A stretch of DNA of 64,000 bases from a virus (taxonomy: Duplodnaviria > Caudoviricetes), in IMG/VR virus record IMGVR_UViG_3300046786_000293, positions 274,511 to 338,510 of that record. The stretch is one strand, 5' to 3'. The position numbers and the translations under genes were made by a program. The notes below the pieces were generated by a model. That model was not told the DNA's origin and searched no databases. It was given only the letters and a program-made list of their open reading frames with translations. Position 1 is the first letter of the stretch. Each line of letters begins with the position of its first letter. This document shows, piece after piece, positions 26,343 through 34,123 of the stretch.

Positions 26343-26777
26343 TTATTTTAAACTAGAACGTAACATCCATGCATGTTTGTCATGAGCGTCCATGCGCTCT
26401 GCCAAGAAGTTGCTTAAGCCATGCTTGCCTTCGCGTTCGGATAAGTCATAGACTAGTTTTAGTACTCTAACAATTTTTCCGCTGTCTTCTAATAGTTCCG
26501 CTACCATTGCTTCTTTTGGTGGAACTTGTGTTTCGTCGTCGATTTGACTTAGCATACTTAGACGACTAAAACTAGCAGGAGTATAACTGCCTAACTTACG
26601 AATATTCTCTCCAAATGGATCGATGCTGTCCAACACTTCTTCGTATATCTTACCAAATAAATCATGATATTCTAAAAAGTCAGATCCTTCTACGTTGAAG
26701 TGGAAGAAATGTGCTTTTAGATAAAATGCAAATTCTGTACTGTATGCAATTTTCATTGCTTTAATTAGTTCATCCAT
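26343..26777 (-). CDS. dps: Dps / mini-ferritin
   Basis: KAHFFHFNVEG..FLEYHDLFGKIYEE..DPFGENIR, HAWML. Confidence 0.9.
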   Translation of the reverse strand: MDELIKAMKIAYSTEFAFYLKAHFFHFNVEGSDFLEYHDLFGKIYEEVLDSIDPFGENIRKLGSYTPASFSRLSMLSQIDDETQVPPKEAMVAELLEDSGKIVRVLKLVYDLSEREGKHGLSNFLAERMDAHDKHAWMLRSSLK

Positions 26778-28755
26778 TTTTCTTTACCTTCTTAACTCGT
26801 TGTTGTCCACGTGGTACGCTACCTACAGGGCTAACGAAATTATCATCGCCTATTGTAGCCGCACTAACTGTATGCTTACTTAAATCATATTCAGTAAATG
26901 TGCGTGTTGCTTCTAAATATAATTTTTTAAAGTTTTGGTTGCTTTCACTTAGGAACCAACCATTATTGTCTTTTCTAAGTCCGAACTTGTTGCGTAGTTC
27001 TCCTGCGCTGGTTCCGGATATTTTAAAATAGCGACGACTTTCGCTGATACTATTGTTTGTTCTTTGTAGTCTTTCCAGTACATCTTGTACAGCCAGATCT
27101 AAGTCGCTCATGCTGCCGATTTCGCCGTATTTGTCTACAACGTCCATAATAGCGTCTCCGACTACTTCGTGTCCAAATTGACGTACAACATCCCCCTCTA
27201 TTTGATTTAGTGCCTTGAAAATAGCATCGGCTAAATCTAGTCCGCTGATTGTTTCGCTAATTGGAATGTTTTGAATATCTAATATAGCCGCTGGCTTAGG
27301 ACCACCACCGCCCGAAGTTGGTGGCTTAGGTGGAGTACGTTGTCCGCTTGGTGGTACATACACTTGTTGTGGTGGATATGTTCTGGTAGGTTGTGTGCTT
27401 AGTACAGGAGTAACAGGACCTATACGTTGTTCCGCCATGCTTTGCTTCTGACGCCACACACTGGAATTCTTTAGTCTGCTGGTTGAACCCCAAGCAATGC
27501 TACGACCGTTGAATACAAAAATCAATTTGTTCAACACCACAGCAGGGCTATGTGGATCTGAGCCAAACTCGCCAGAAACATCACCTATCTTACGAGCACC
27601 CTTGGACTCCAAGAACTTCCAAAACTTTTCAACTGCTTTGGCTTTATGCCACTTGGGTTGATCCTCTGGTTTCAAATCACGGTCAATAAAAATGTATCCT
27701 GGGTCTTTGTATCGTGAGCCATCACCACGAGTCCACATTCTCATACCGGGATTTTTATAATCCATTGGATAGTATGGGCTCCCGCTCATTTGTTTATTAA
27801 ATTCAGAGATTAGGCCTCTAATAAAATCAATGGTAGGAGATTCGGTTATAGTATCTTCCGCCACACCTGAATCAGGTCTTGCTGTCATCATGGCACCGGG
27901 ATCAATATTGCCCTTGTTGTCATAACGATGCTGAACACCCTTCTTACCTGCTTTGACTAGTCTTTCCATTGCGGCTTTGGCATCACGATAGTTATCGTGT
28001 GTGGTGGTCTTGATCCAATCACCACTTGAATTGCGATAGCCTACATGAATTTTGCCTTCCGCCACACCTTTAACATCCCAGGTTTTATGGCACTGGTGAC
28101 ATTCCTTCTCGCCATCACTGTATGTTTTTATGTCGGTGGAATGACAACGCGGGCACTGGTATTGTTTGCCCAGACGACCTTCGTTGCCATCATCGCGGAT
28201 TGGGTGTTCTTCGTCATCGTAGCCTTCCGCCACACCTTGACTTTTACTACGATTAAAATCTCTTGTTGCTTGACGACTTCTGGCGCGGGTGCTCGGTTCT
28301 TTGTATGCTCTCCAACGATCAACCTTTGTGCCACACTTGGTGCAATGTAATACACCATCCATGTCATCGTGGATGCTGGTTTCTTGATACTTGCCCTTCT
28401 TACACTTTTCGCAAGTCTGACCAGTCATATCTTTTTGTGTAGAGCCTTCCTCCACACCTTGCTTGGTTCTAATAATCTCACGGTCAAGGGCTCTGATCTC
28501 TGATTTCAAATCAACTAATCTTAACTCACCATTTTCTAATGCTCGTTTAATCCCCAATTTAGTATCAACTAAATCAGTAACTGACATATTTTGAATCTGA
28601 CTTAGTAGGTCTGCATAATACCCAGCATAATAATCATTGGTATCGTCATCGTCTAAACCTTCAGACACACCTTCATTTAAATGTGTGCAATTGCAAGGCG
28701 TTTGCCCGCACACATTACACATATCTCTACTTTCAAAAAAATCAAATAATTTCAT
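26770..28755 (-). CDS. modular putative internal head (cargo) polyprotein with Zn-ribbon cassettes
   Basis: Leader MKLFDFFE; modules separated by GVSE/GVEE/GVAE linkers; several CxxC pairs. Confidence 0.7.
   Translation of the reverse strand: MKLFDFFESRDMCNVCGQTPCNCTHLNEGVSEGLDDDDTNDYYAGYYADLLSQIQNMSVTDLVDTKLGIKRALENGELRLVDLKSEIRALDREIIRTKQGVEEGSTQKDMTGQTCEKCKKGKYQETSIHDDMDGVLHCTKCGTKVDRWRAYKEPSTRARSRQATRDFNRSKSQGVAEGYDDEEHPIRDDGNEGRLGKQYQCPRCHSTDIKTYSDGEKECHQCHKTWDVKGVAEGKIHVGYRNSSGDWIKTTTHDNYRDAKAAMERLVKAGKKGVQHRYDNKGNIDPGAMMTARPDSGVAEDTITESPTIDFIRGLISEFNKQMSGSPYYPMDYKNPGMRMWTRGDGSRYKDPGYIFIDRDLKPEDQPKWHKAKAVEKFWKFLESKGARKIGDVSGEFGSDPHSPAVVLNKLIFVFNGRSIAWGSTSRLKNSSVWRQKQSMAEQRIGPVTPVLSTQPTRTYPPQQVYVPPSGQRTPPKPPTSGGGGPKPAAILDIQNIPISETISGLDLADAIFKALNQIEGDVVRQFGHEVVGDAIMDVVDKYGEIGSMSDLDLAVQDVLERLQRTNNSISESRRYFKISGTSAGELRNKFGLRKDNNGWFLSESNQNFKKLYLEATRTFTEYDLSKHTVSAATIGDDNFVSPVGSVPRGQQRVKKVKKNG
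27855..28674 (-). repeat. five in-frame copies of AGGTGTGGCGGAAG (G-V-A-E linker)
   Basis: Cores at 27855, 28056 and 28224 (exact), 28446 (1 mismatch) and 28659 (degenerate); spacings 201, 168, 222 and 213 nt. Confidence 0.9.
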
Positions 28756-28756
28756 A

Positions 28757-31048
28757 TTACTTTCCTTGCCTTGCCAACATTGCTGCATTACTTAGTGCTG
28801 TTTTTAGAGCAGGTGCAGATTGCGGACTTTCTGCAGCCTTGGCAATTAACGGTGTTAGTGCGCTCATAGACATAGATTCAGGCGAAGTTAATGGTTTATT
28901 ATCGCTTATTTTTGTAACTGCACTGCTTAATGTATTTGTATCTACTTTTGGACCTAGTACACTAGATAAACCGCTCATCGTGCTTTTGGCAGTAGATACA
29001 TCTTGCATTTGGTCTAATTGTTGTTGTTTTACAGCAGCAGGATCTTGTTGTACGCTTGTTTGGCTTGTGATTTGTATATCTGGATCCTGTTTATTAACTG
29101 CGGGATCTTCTACTTCATTTGTCTTTTTGCGATCTAACGCACGTAATTTTTGTGCAAGTTTGGCTATATCTACTGGACCATGTTCACGTTCTTGTTTTTG
29201 TACAAGTTTTTTAACACGAGCAATCATGTTATCAAAATCATCTGGATCATAGCGGCTTGCTATTAAATTGTCATCTTTGTTTTCTTTCATTCCTGAACGA
29301 TACCCTGTGTGTTGTACGTGTACTGGATCATTGGGGAGAAATCCTAAATTATACTTATCACCCTTTGGATCATTTTTTGCCAACCAATTGCGTAATGCCG
29401 CAATTTGGTCTGCTCTTGCGTCAATTGCATGGGCTTTGTGGCTTTCGGGATCTTTAGGAGGAGCCCCGTAAACACCAGGTCTTCCTGCTTTATAATCTCG
29501 ATGAAGTTTTTCCTGTTCTGCGGCTGTTCTTGCTGAGCTAGTAACGGTTATTGGTATACCCGAATCTTTGCTGGCACGTTCTAAATTAGATCTGAATGTT
29601 GAATCTAATTTTGTATAACGATCAGCTTGTTTAGCATCGGCGAATCCGAAGTGACTAGGAGAAGTATCTAATGCTTCGATGTTTTTTGGATTTTTTACGT
29701 GCCAACGACCGTCGTCTGACTTGTAAGTACCGTCAGATTGTTTAGTGAAACTTACGTTAATATTTTTTGTTGGATCTGAAGGATCCTTTACATCTCTGAA
29801 TAACTTGGTTCCTGGAAGATGTCCAGTAATCTTAGTAGGAGTTTGTTGATCTGCAGGAGTAGATGCAGCAGCCGAGGCCTGGCTTGGGACTGTTTGAGTA
29901 GAAGCGGGTGCAGGTGCGGCTGTTTTAGTTGCCGGTTGAGTAGCAGTAGGCGTAGGTGCAGAACTTGCGGCGGTTTTGTTAACAACTCGTTCACCGGGTG
30001 ACAAAGAATCTGCCGTGCTCACCGAAGGAGTTGGTGTTGTACTTCTTGTAGTCGGTGCCGCCGAAGTGTTTGTTCGTGTAGATGTTGCAGGAGTTTGAGC
30101 ATTGGGGTCAACGCTACTACCACCAATTTCACCTCTTCGTACTTTTGCAGCAATTTTTTCTAATGTGTCCCCGGGACTAACTATATGCTTTTCGGTGCTT
30201 CCAGGTAATTTAATTTCTTGCCCGGGATAAATTTTATTAGGATTCTTGATAGCTGGATTACTCTTCCAAACTTCTTGCCAACTTCCTGGAGCAGGATTTT
30301 TTGGCATTTGTGGAATAACTGGAGCAGCAGGTTTGGTTGGTGCTGGCGCGGTTGCAGTTGTGGCTGGGGGCAAAGGTTGTGAAGTAATTTTAACGGGCTC
30401 TGCGACAGGTTTAACTTCTGGACCAGGTACAACGGTGCTAGGTGCAGGTTGTGCTACAGGTTGTTGTGCTACGGTAGTTCCTGGTTCGCGTGCTATACTT
30501 TGATCTCTGTCCGGACTTACTAGATCTGCTGCCTTTGCTACATTAATTTGACCACCAGAGCCAACTGGTGCGCCTGAGCCACTTCTAACTGGCTCACCGG
30601 TACTTGTTTGTACTACAGGGGGATTTTTATCTAAGTATGTTCTTATTTCATCTTGTGTAGCAGGTTGCATACCCATACGTTGACGAACGATAGGATCTAT
30701 TCCTGTATATGTAGGAGTCTTACTGGCATTCCATTGTTTATCTAATTCTGCTTTAGGTAAATCAGGACCACTGGAGGCTCTTAACGCTGCCCAATCATTT
30801 GCTGTATTATTGGTTTCTTCTTTAAACTTATTAAATTTTTCTAATAAGGACCACTCGGTGACTTTTTCTTTAGCAGTATTGTGTAGATCTTTTATTATAC
30901 TTTCTTCGCAGCCACCGACCATTTTAGATTTGGCTTTGCTAGCAGGATCAGTACCTTTCCAGTAGCCGGGAAATTTAGGACCTGTAGATTTTTTAGCAGC
31001 CTTTTCCATGCTATCTACTGCTTCTAAAAGTTTACGCATATTGGTCAT
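28757..31048 (-). CDS. putative virion/ejected protein with permuted LysM and M15 (D-Ala-D-Ala/L-Ala-D-Glu) peptidase domains
   Basis: Leader MTNMRKLLE; NPNKIYPGQEIKLP/VSPGDTLEKIA; VTSSARTAAEQ..SHKAHAID..PVH; long Pro/Thr/Ala linkers. Confidence 0.75.
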   Translation of the reverse strand: MTNMRKLLEAVDSMEKAAKKSTGPKFPGYWKGTDPASKAKSKMVGGCEESIIKDLHNTAKEKVTEWSLLEKFNKFKEETNNTANDWAALRASSGPDLPKAELDKQWNASKTPTYTGIDPIVRQRMGMQPATQDEIRTYLDKNPPVVQTSTGEPVRSGSGAPVGSGGQINVAKAADLVSPDRDQSIAREPGTTVAQQPVAQPAPSTVVPGPEVKPVAEPVKITSQPLPPATTATAPAPTKPAAPVIPQMPKNPAPGSWQEVWKSNPAIKNPNKIYPGQEIKLPGSTEKHIVSPGDTLEKIAAKVRRGEIGGSSVDPNAQTPATSTRTNTSAAPTTRSTTPTPSVSTADSLSPGERVVNKTAASSAPTPTATQPATKTAAPAPASTQTVPSQASAAASTPADQQTPTKITGHLPGTKLFRDVKDPSDPTKNINVSFTKQSDGTYKSDDGRWHVKNPKNIEALDTSPSHFGFADAKQADRYTKLDSTFRSNLERASKDSGIPITVTSSARTAAEQEKLHRDYKAGRPGVYGAPPKDPESHKAHAIDARADQIAALRNWLAKNDPKGDKYNLGFLPNDPVHVQHTGYRSGMKENKDDNLIASRYDPDDFDNMIARVKKLVQKQEREHGPVDIAKLAQKLRALDRKKTNEVEDPAVNKQDPDIQITSQTSVQQDPAAVKQQQLDQMQDVSTAKSTMSGLSSVLGPKVDTNTLSSAVTKISDNKPLTSPESMSMSALTPLIAKAAESPQSAPALKTALSNAAMLARQGK

Positions 31049-33015
31049 TTTATTTTTCTTTTATCGTACGGTACTTTAAAGTCATTGATAAATTCTTTAA
31101 ATTCTTTAACAGCTCCAGGTATACCTCCAGGAGTTATTCTATGTAAACGTTCAATCCAGTCGTCATTTTTTGAACTACCAGATCCTACTCCTGGCCCAGT
31201 ACCTGTTCCTACACCGCCACCGGTACCTCCGCCGGACCCACTGCTTTGTTGTGAATCTTTTTCTTTATCTTTACCAGACGCTGCGGGCGCAAAGGTAGGC
31301 TCGCTTGCTGGTTTTTGCTGTGGTGTTGCTTGTGGCTTAACAGGCTCAGGTTGCGGCTTTACTTGAGGTTTAGTAGGCTCAGGTTGCGGTTTTACTGGTT
31401 CAGGCTCAACGGCAATGTCTGCGGGTTTTGTAACTGGAGGCAAATCTTCTGGTCTCCATATTTCGACAGGCATCGGTACAGTTTGTGATGTTGGTTCTGC
31501 GGCAGGTTCTTGATCTACTTTGCCTTGCCCTTGTCCTTCTTTACCGCCGCCGCCTGTAGTCATTGAAGCACCCACAGGCACAGCCGCTGGGCTCCACATT
31601 TTTTTATCGCCTTGCATTTTGGGCGGTAAAGGTTCGTCAGCTCTTGACGTCGATGTTGGAGGTTTAATTGGCTGGTCATCCCCTGGTCTTGTTTGCATTA
31701 ATTCTTGATCTCGGCGACGGGCCTGTGCTTGTGTGCGTGCGGGATTAATTCGAATTGGATTGGCTATAATAGGAGCATTGGCTGAGGTTGTTGCTCCCGG
31801 TGCAACTTGAGAAGGCTCATTAACAACTTTTAATCTAGGTTTTGGCCCTGCAGGAACTTCTGCACCTTGTGGCATAGCTGAAGGTTGTCCCGCTCTTTGA
31901 TAAGCAGGAACTTCAACATTTGCTGGTGTGCGAGGCACAGGTCCCGGAGTAACTCTTGGTCCACTTACTACAGCCCCGCCAGCTCCGCCTGGCGGAAACT
32001 CTAAAGGTATTGTAGTTGGTTTAAAAGGACCTTTGGTTTGTTCTTTTAACTTTCGGCTGCTAATAGGAAAGTTTGTACTTAAAAATTCTTCAAATTCTTC
32101 AGCAACCTTTTTAGTTGCTTGCTCTTTGATCGCTCCAGGTATACCACCCGGTGTTATTCTATGTAAACGTTCAATCCAATCCCCGTCGGGAGTTTTATAA
32201 TATGTTGGTTCTTGTTGTGCAACTGCTACCGGCGCCGCAGCTAATTGCCCAGGTCTACCCGGACCTGATGGTTCGTTAGGTCTTGTTGCTAGTTGTGTCT
32301 GCGGGGCAAGTTCGGGCTCGGTGTCGGGCTGCGATGATGTTGCTATACCACGCTGTTGTAATAAATTTAATTCTGCTTTTAAATTGGGATCATCGGGAGT
32401 CTTTTCGAGTTCACGTCGGACGTCCTTGGCATACTGTTGATCAGCAAATGATGGTTTGTTCCCACCGCCTGCGGCAGTAGAATACACGTTTGAGTATTCA
32501 CTTCCTGCGCCAACTTTTACACGAGGTTGTGGCTTTGTTAAAGTAGATACTGTGGCAGATTGTTTTGGTATGCTAGGTTCATTTGCTGCAACCGGTGCAG
32601 CCTTTGCAAATTTAGTGTCCGGTCCAGTACCGCCAATTACACCCAACGGTTGCGGCGGAGTTGTACCAGCAGCCTTTCGCATATAGGCCGGTTCTTTAGC
32701 ACCTTTTGGATCTAACCATGGTTGCTTAGGTGTATATGCTGGAGTTTCTGGATCTATAGAGGGCGGTAATGTAAGTGGTAATGATTTTTGCCCAGGTGCA
32801 GGTGTTGTTGCCCCGGTAGCAGGCTTCTGTGTTGGCTCGACAGGTTTTGTTAATTGCTGACCCATCATATTGAATGCTTTATTACCGGCTGGTATGTTAG
32901 TTAATGTACCTATGGGTAACTTTTGTTGAGAGGGAAAATCATAGACTTTTTTCGCCGCCTGTCCTTGTTCGGCAAGTTTATCTAATGACTCTAACAAACG
33001 ACGGATGTCTGACAT
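31045..33015 (-). CDS. Pro/Gly-rich putative internal head protein
   Basis: Leader MSDIRRLLE; low complexity; duplicated DWIERLHRITPGGIPGA(I/V)KE. Confidence 0.7.
   Translation of the reverse strand: MSDIRRLLESLDKLAEQGQAAKKVYDFPSQQKLPIGTLTNIPAGNKAFNMMGQQLTKPVEPTQKPATGATTPAPGQKSLPLTLPPSIDPETPAYTPKQPWLDPKGAKEPAYMRKAAGTTPPQPLGVIGGTGPDTKFAKAAPVAANEPSIPKQSATVSTLTKPQPRVKVGAGSEYSNVYSTAAGGGNKPSFADQQYAKDVRRELEKTPDDPNLKAELNLLQQRGIATSSQPDTEPELAPQTQLATRPNEPSGPGRPGQLAAAPVAVAQQEPTYYKTPDGDWIERLHRITPGGIPGAIKEQATKKVAEEFEEFLSTNFPISSRKLKEQTKGPFKPTTIPLEFPPGGAGGAVVSGPRVTPGPVPRTPANVEVPAYQRAGQPSAMPQGAEVPAGPKPRLKVVNEPSQVAPGATTSANAPIIANPIRINPARTQAQARRRDQELMQTRPGDDQPIKPPTSTSRADEPLPPKMQGDKKMWSPAAVPVGASMTTGGGGKEGQGQGKVDQEPAAEPTSQTVPMPVEIWRPEDLPPVTKPADIAVEPEPVKPQPEPTKPQVKPQPEPVKPQATPQQKPASEPTFAPAASGKDKEKDSQQSSGSGGGTGGGVGTGTGPGVGSGSSKNDDWIERLHRITPGGIPGAVKEFKEFINDFKVPYDKRKIK
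31103..32181 (-). repeat. ~59 nt direct repeat (31103-31161 and 32123-32181), 1020 nt apart
   Basis: Both copies encode DWIERLHRITPGGIPGA(V/I)KE; differences are mostly synonymous. Confidence 0.9.
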
Positions 33016-33785
33016 TACTTTGCCTTTGTTTGCTTTTGCTTGTATGTACCGCCAAACAACGAACCTACTTTGGCTTTGTTCTTTGCTGGGGGATTCACTA
33101 CAGTGGCCACGCTGCCTGCTGACATTTCATTCACTGTTGCTTCCGCCACACCTTTCCAGTCAGTTTCGCCGCCCAAATCATCAATATACATTGCTTGTTT
33201 GATAATGTTCAGTAGATACTTCTTTGCTTCTGGTGTAGGTGCCATCTTAGCATATTGCTTTGCTGTGTAGTCGTCACCATTCTCTAACGCATCTCTAACA
33301 TCTTGCTCAAGGCGTGTTGTGTCAGGATCCCATCCTTCTGCCACACCTTGTTCACGCTCTGCCTGACGCTTTGCCCAACGCTCTTTGTTGCGCTGAACTT
33401 GTTGAGGACTTGCTTTCTTTTCTTTGCTTAGGTCACGATGCAGTGCTTTACCTAGTGCGCTAGTATGCGGATTCTTTTCAGACTCCGCCACAGGCATAGC
33501 ATCGCCAACTACGGCAACTACTTCTTCAGCAGGACCACCGCTCATTAATTGATATTCTAAGTGTTCACGGACGGTGTTTAGATAGTCTGCAGCCAGGGTA
33601 ATTTTACTGCTTACCCAACCTTCTAAGCCTTGTTGTTCACTAACATGGCGTAGTAGTTTGTGTAATGCAATTGCGTCTTCTGCAGCATGATACAGTTCTT
33701 TTCGAGCCATTTGCACTTCATGATCTAAGTGCATTTCGTGTGCATCTTCGGCAATGCCTTCATTTAAAAAATCTAAACTTTTCAT
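33015..33785 (-). CDS. modular putative internal head protein
   Basis: Leader MKSLDFLNEGIAE; PVAE, QGVAEG and KGVAEA linkers. Confidence 0.72.
   Translation of the reverse strand: MKSLDFLNEGIAEDAHEMHLDHEVQMARKELYHAAEDAIALHKLLRHVSEQQGLEGWVSSKITLAADYLNTVREHLEYQLMSGGPAEEVVAVVGDAMPVAESEKNPHTSALGKALHRDLSKEKKASPQQVQRNKERWAKRQAEREQGVAEGWDPDTTRLEQDVRDALENGDDYTAKQYAKMAPTPEAKKYLLNIIKQAMYIDDLGGETDWKGVAEATVNEMSAGSVATVVNPPAKNKAKVGSLFGGTYKQKQTKAK
33140..33348 (-). repeat. two further copies of the AGGTGTGGC(G/A)GAAG linker repeat
   Basis: 33140-33153 exact, 33335-33348 one mismatch; 195 nt apart. Confidence 0.9.
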
Positions 33786-33808
33786 AGTATGTTTCCGTGA
33801 TTATAGTA

Positions 33809-33814
33809 TATTTA
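33809..33814 (-). promoter_or_regulatory. late-promoter-like TAAATA box
   Basis: AATAAATA overlapping the stop of 33812..34123, upstream of the internal-protein genes. Confidence 0.55.
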
Positions 33815-34123
33815 TTCGCTGATAACGAATCGACCTTTTGATGGGGATTCCACAATAATATCGTCTACCATTAAGTTGGTGAAGTAAAACCCTCTAAAAC
33901 TTGGATCTAGTGATTCTAATTTGACTTCATGATTCCCTGCAGTTAAATTAACCCATATGTTTTCTTTTACAAATTGTCCATTAGTTGTAGTAGGAGGTTT
34001 TGCATTAGACCAAATATATGTACGTTCAGTAATTAAATCACCGTCTAAATAAATTCTATAAACTGGATTTTCGTTGCCGTGTTTATGACAAAAAACATCT
34101 ATATTGATTTTATATTCTTTCAT
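33812..34123 (-). CDS. hypothetical beta-rich protein
   Basis: MKEYKINID start with an ATGA overlap to the upstream stop. Confidence 0.65.
   Translation of the reverse strand: MKEYKINIDVFCHKHGNENPVYRIYLDGDLITERTYIWSNAKPPTTTNGQFVKENIWVNLTAGNHEVKLESLDPSFRGFYFTNLMVDDIIVESPSKGRFVISE

Noticed and set aside
27855-28674. CRISPR array interpretation of the 14-18 nt repeats
   Set aside because: Spacers are 150-200 nt, the repeats are short and in frame within a CDS, and no cas genes are present.
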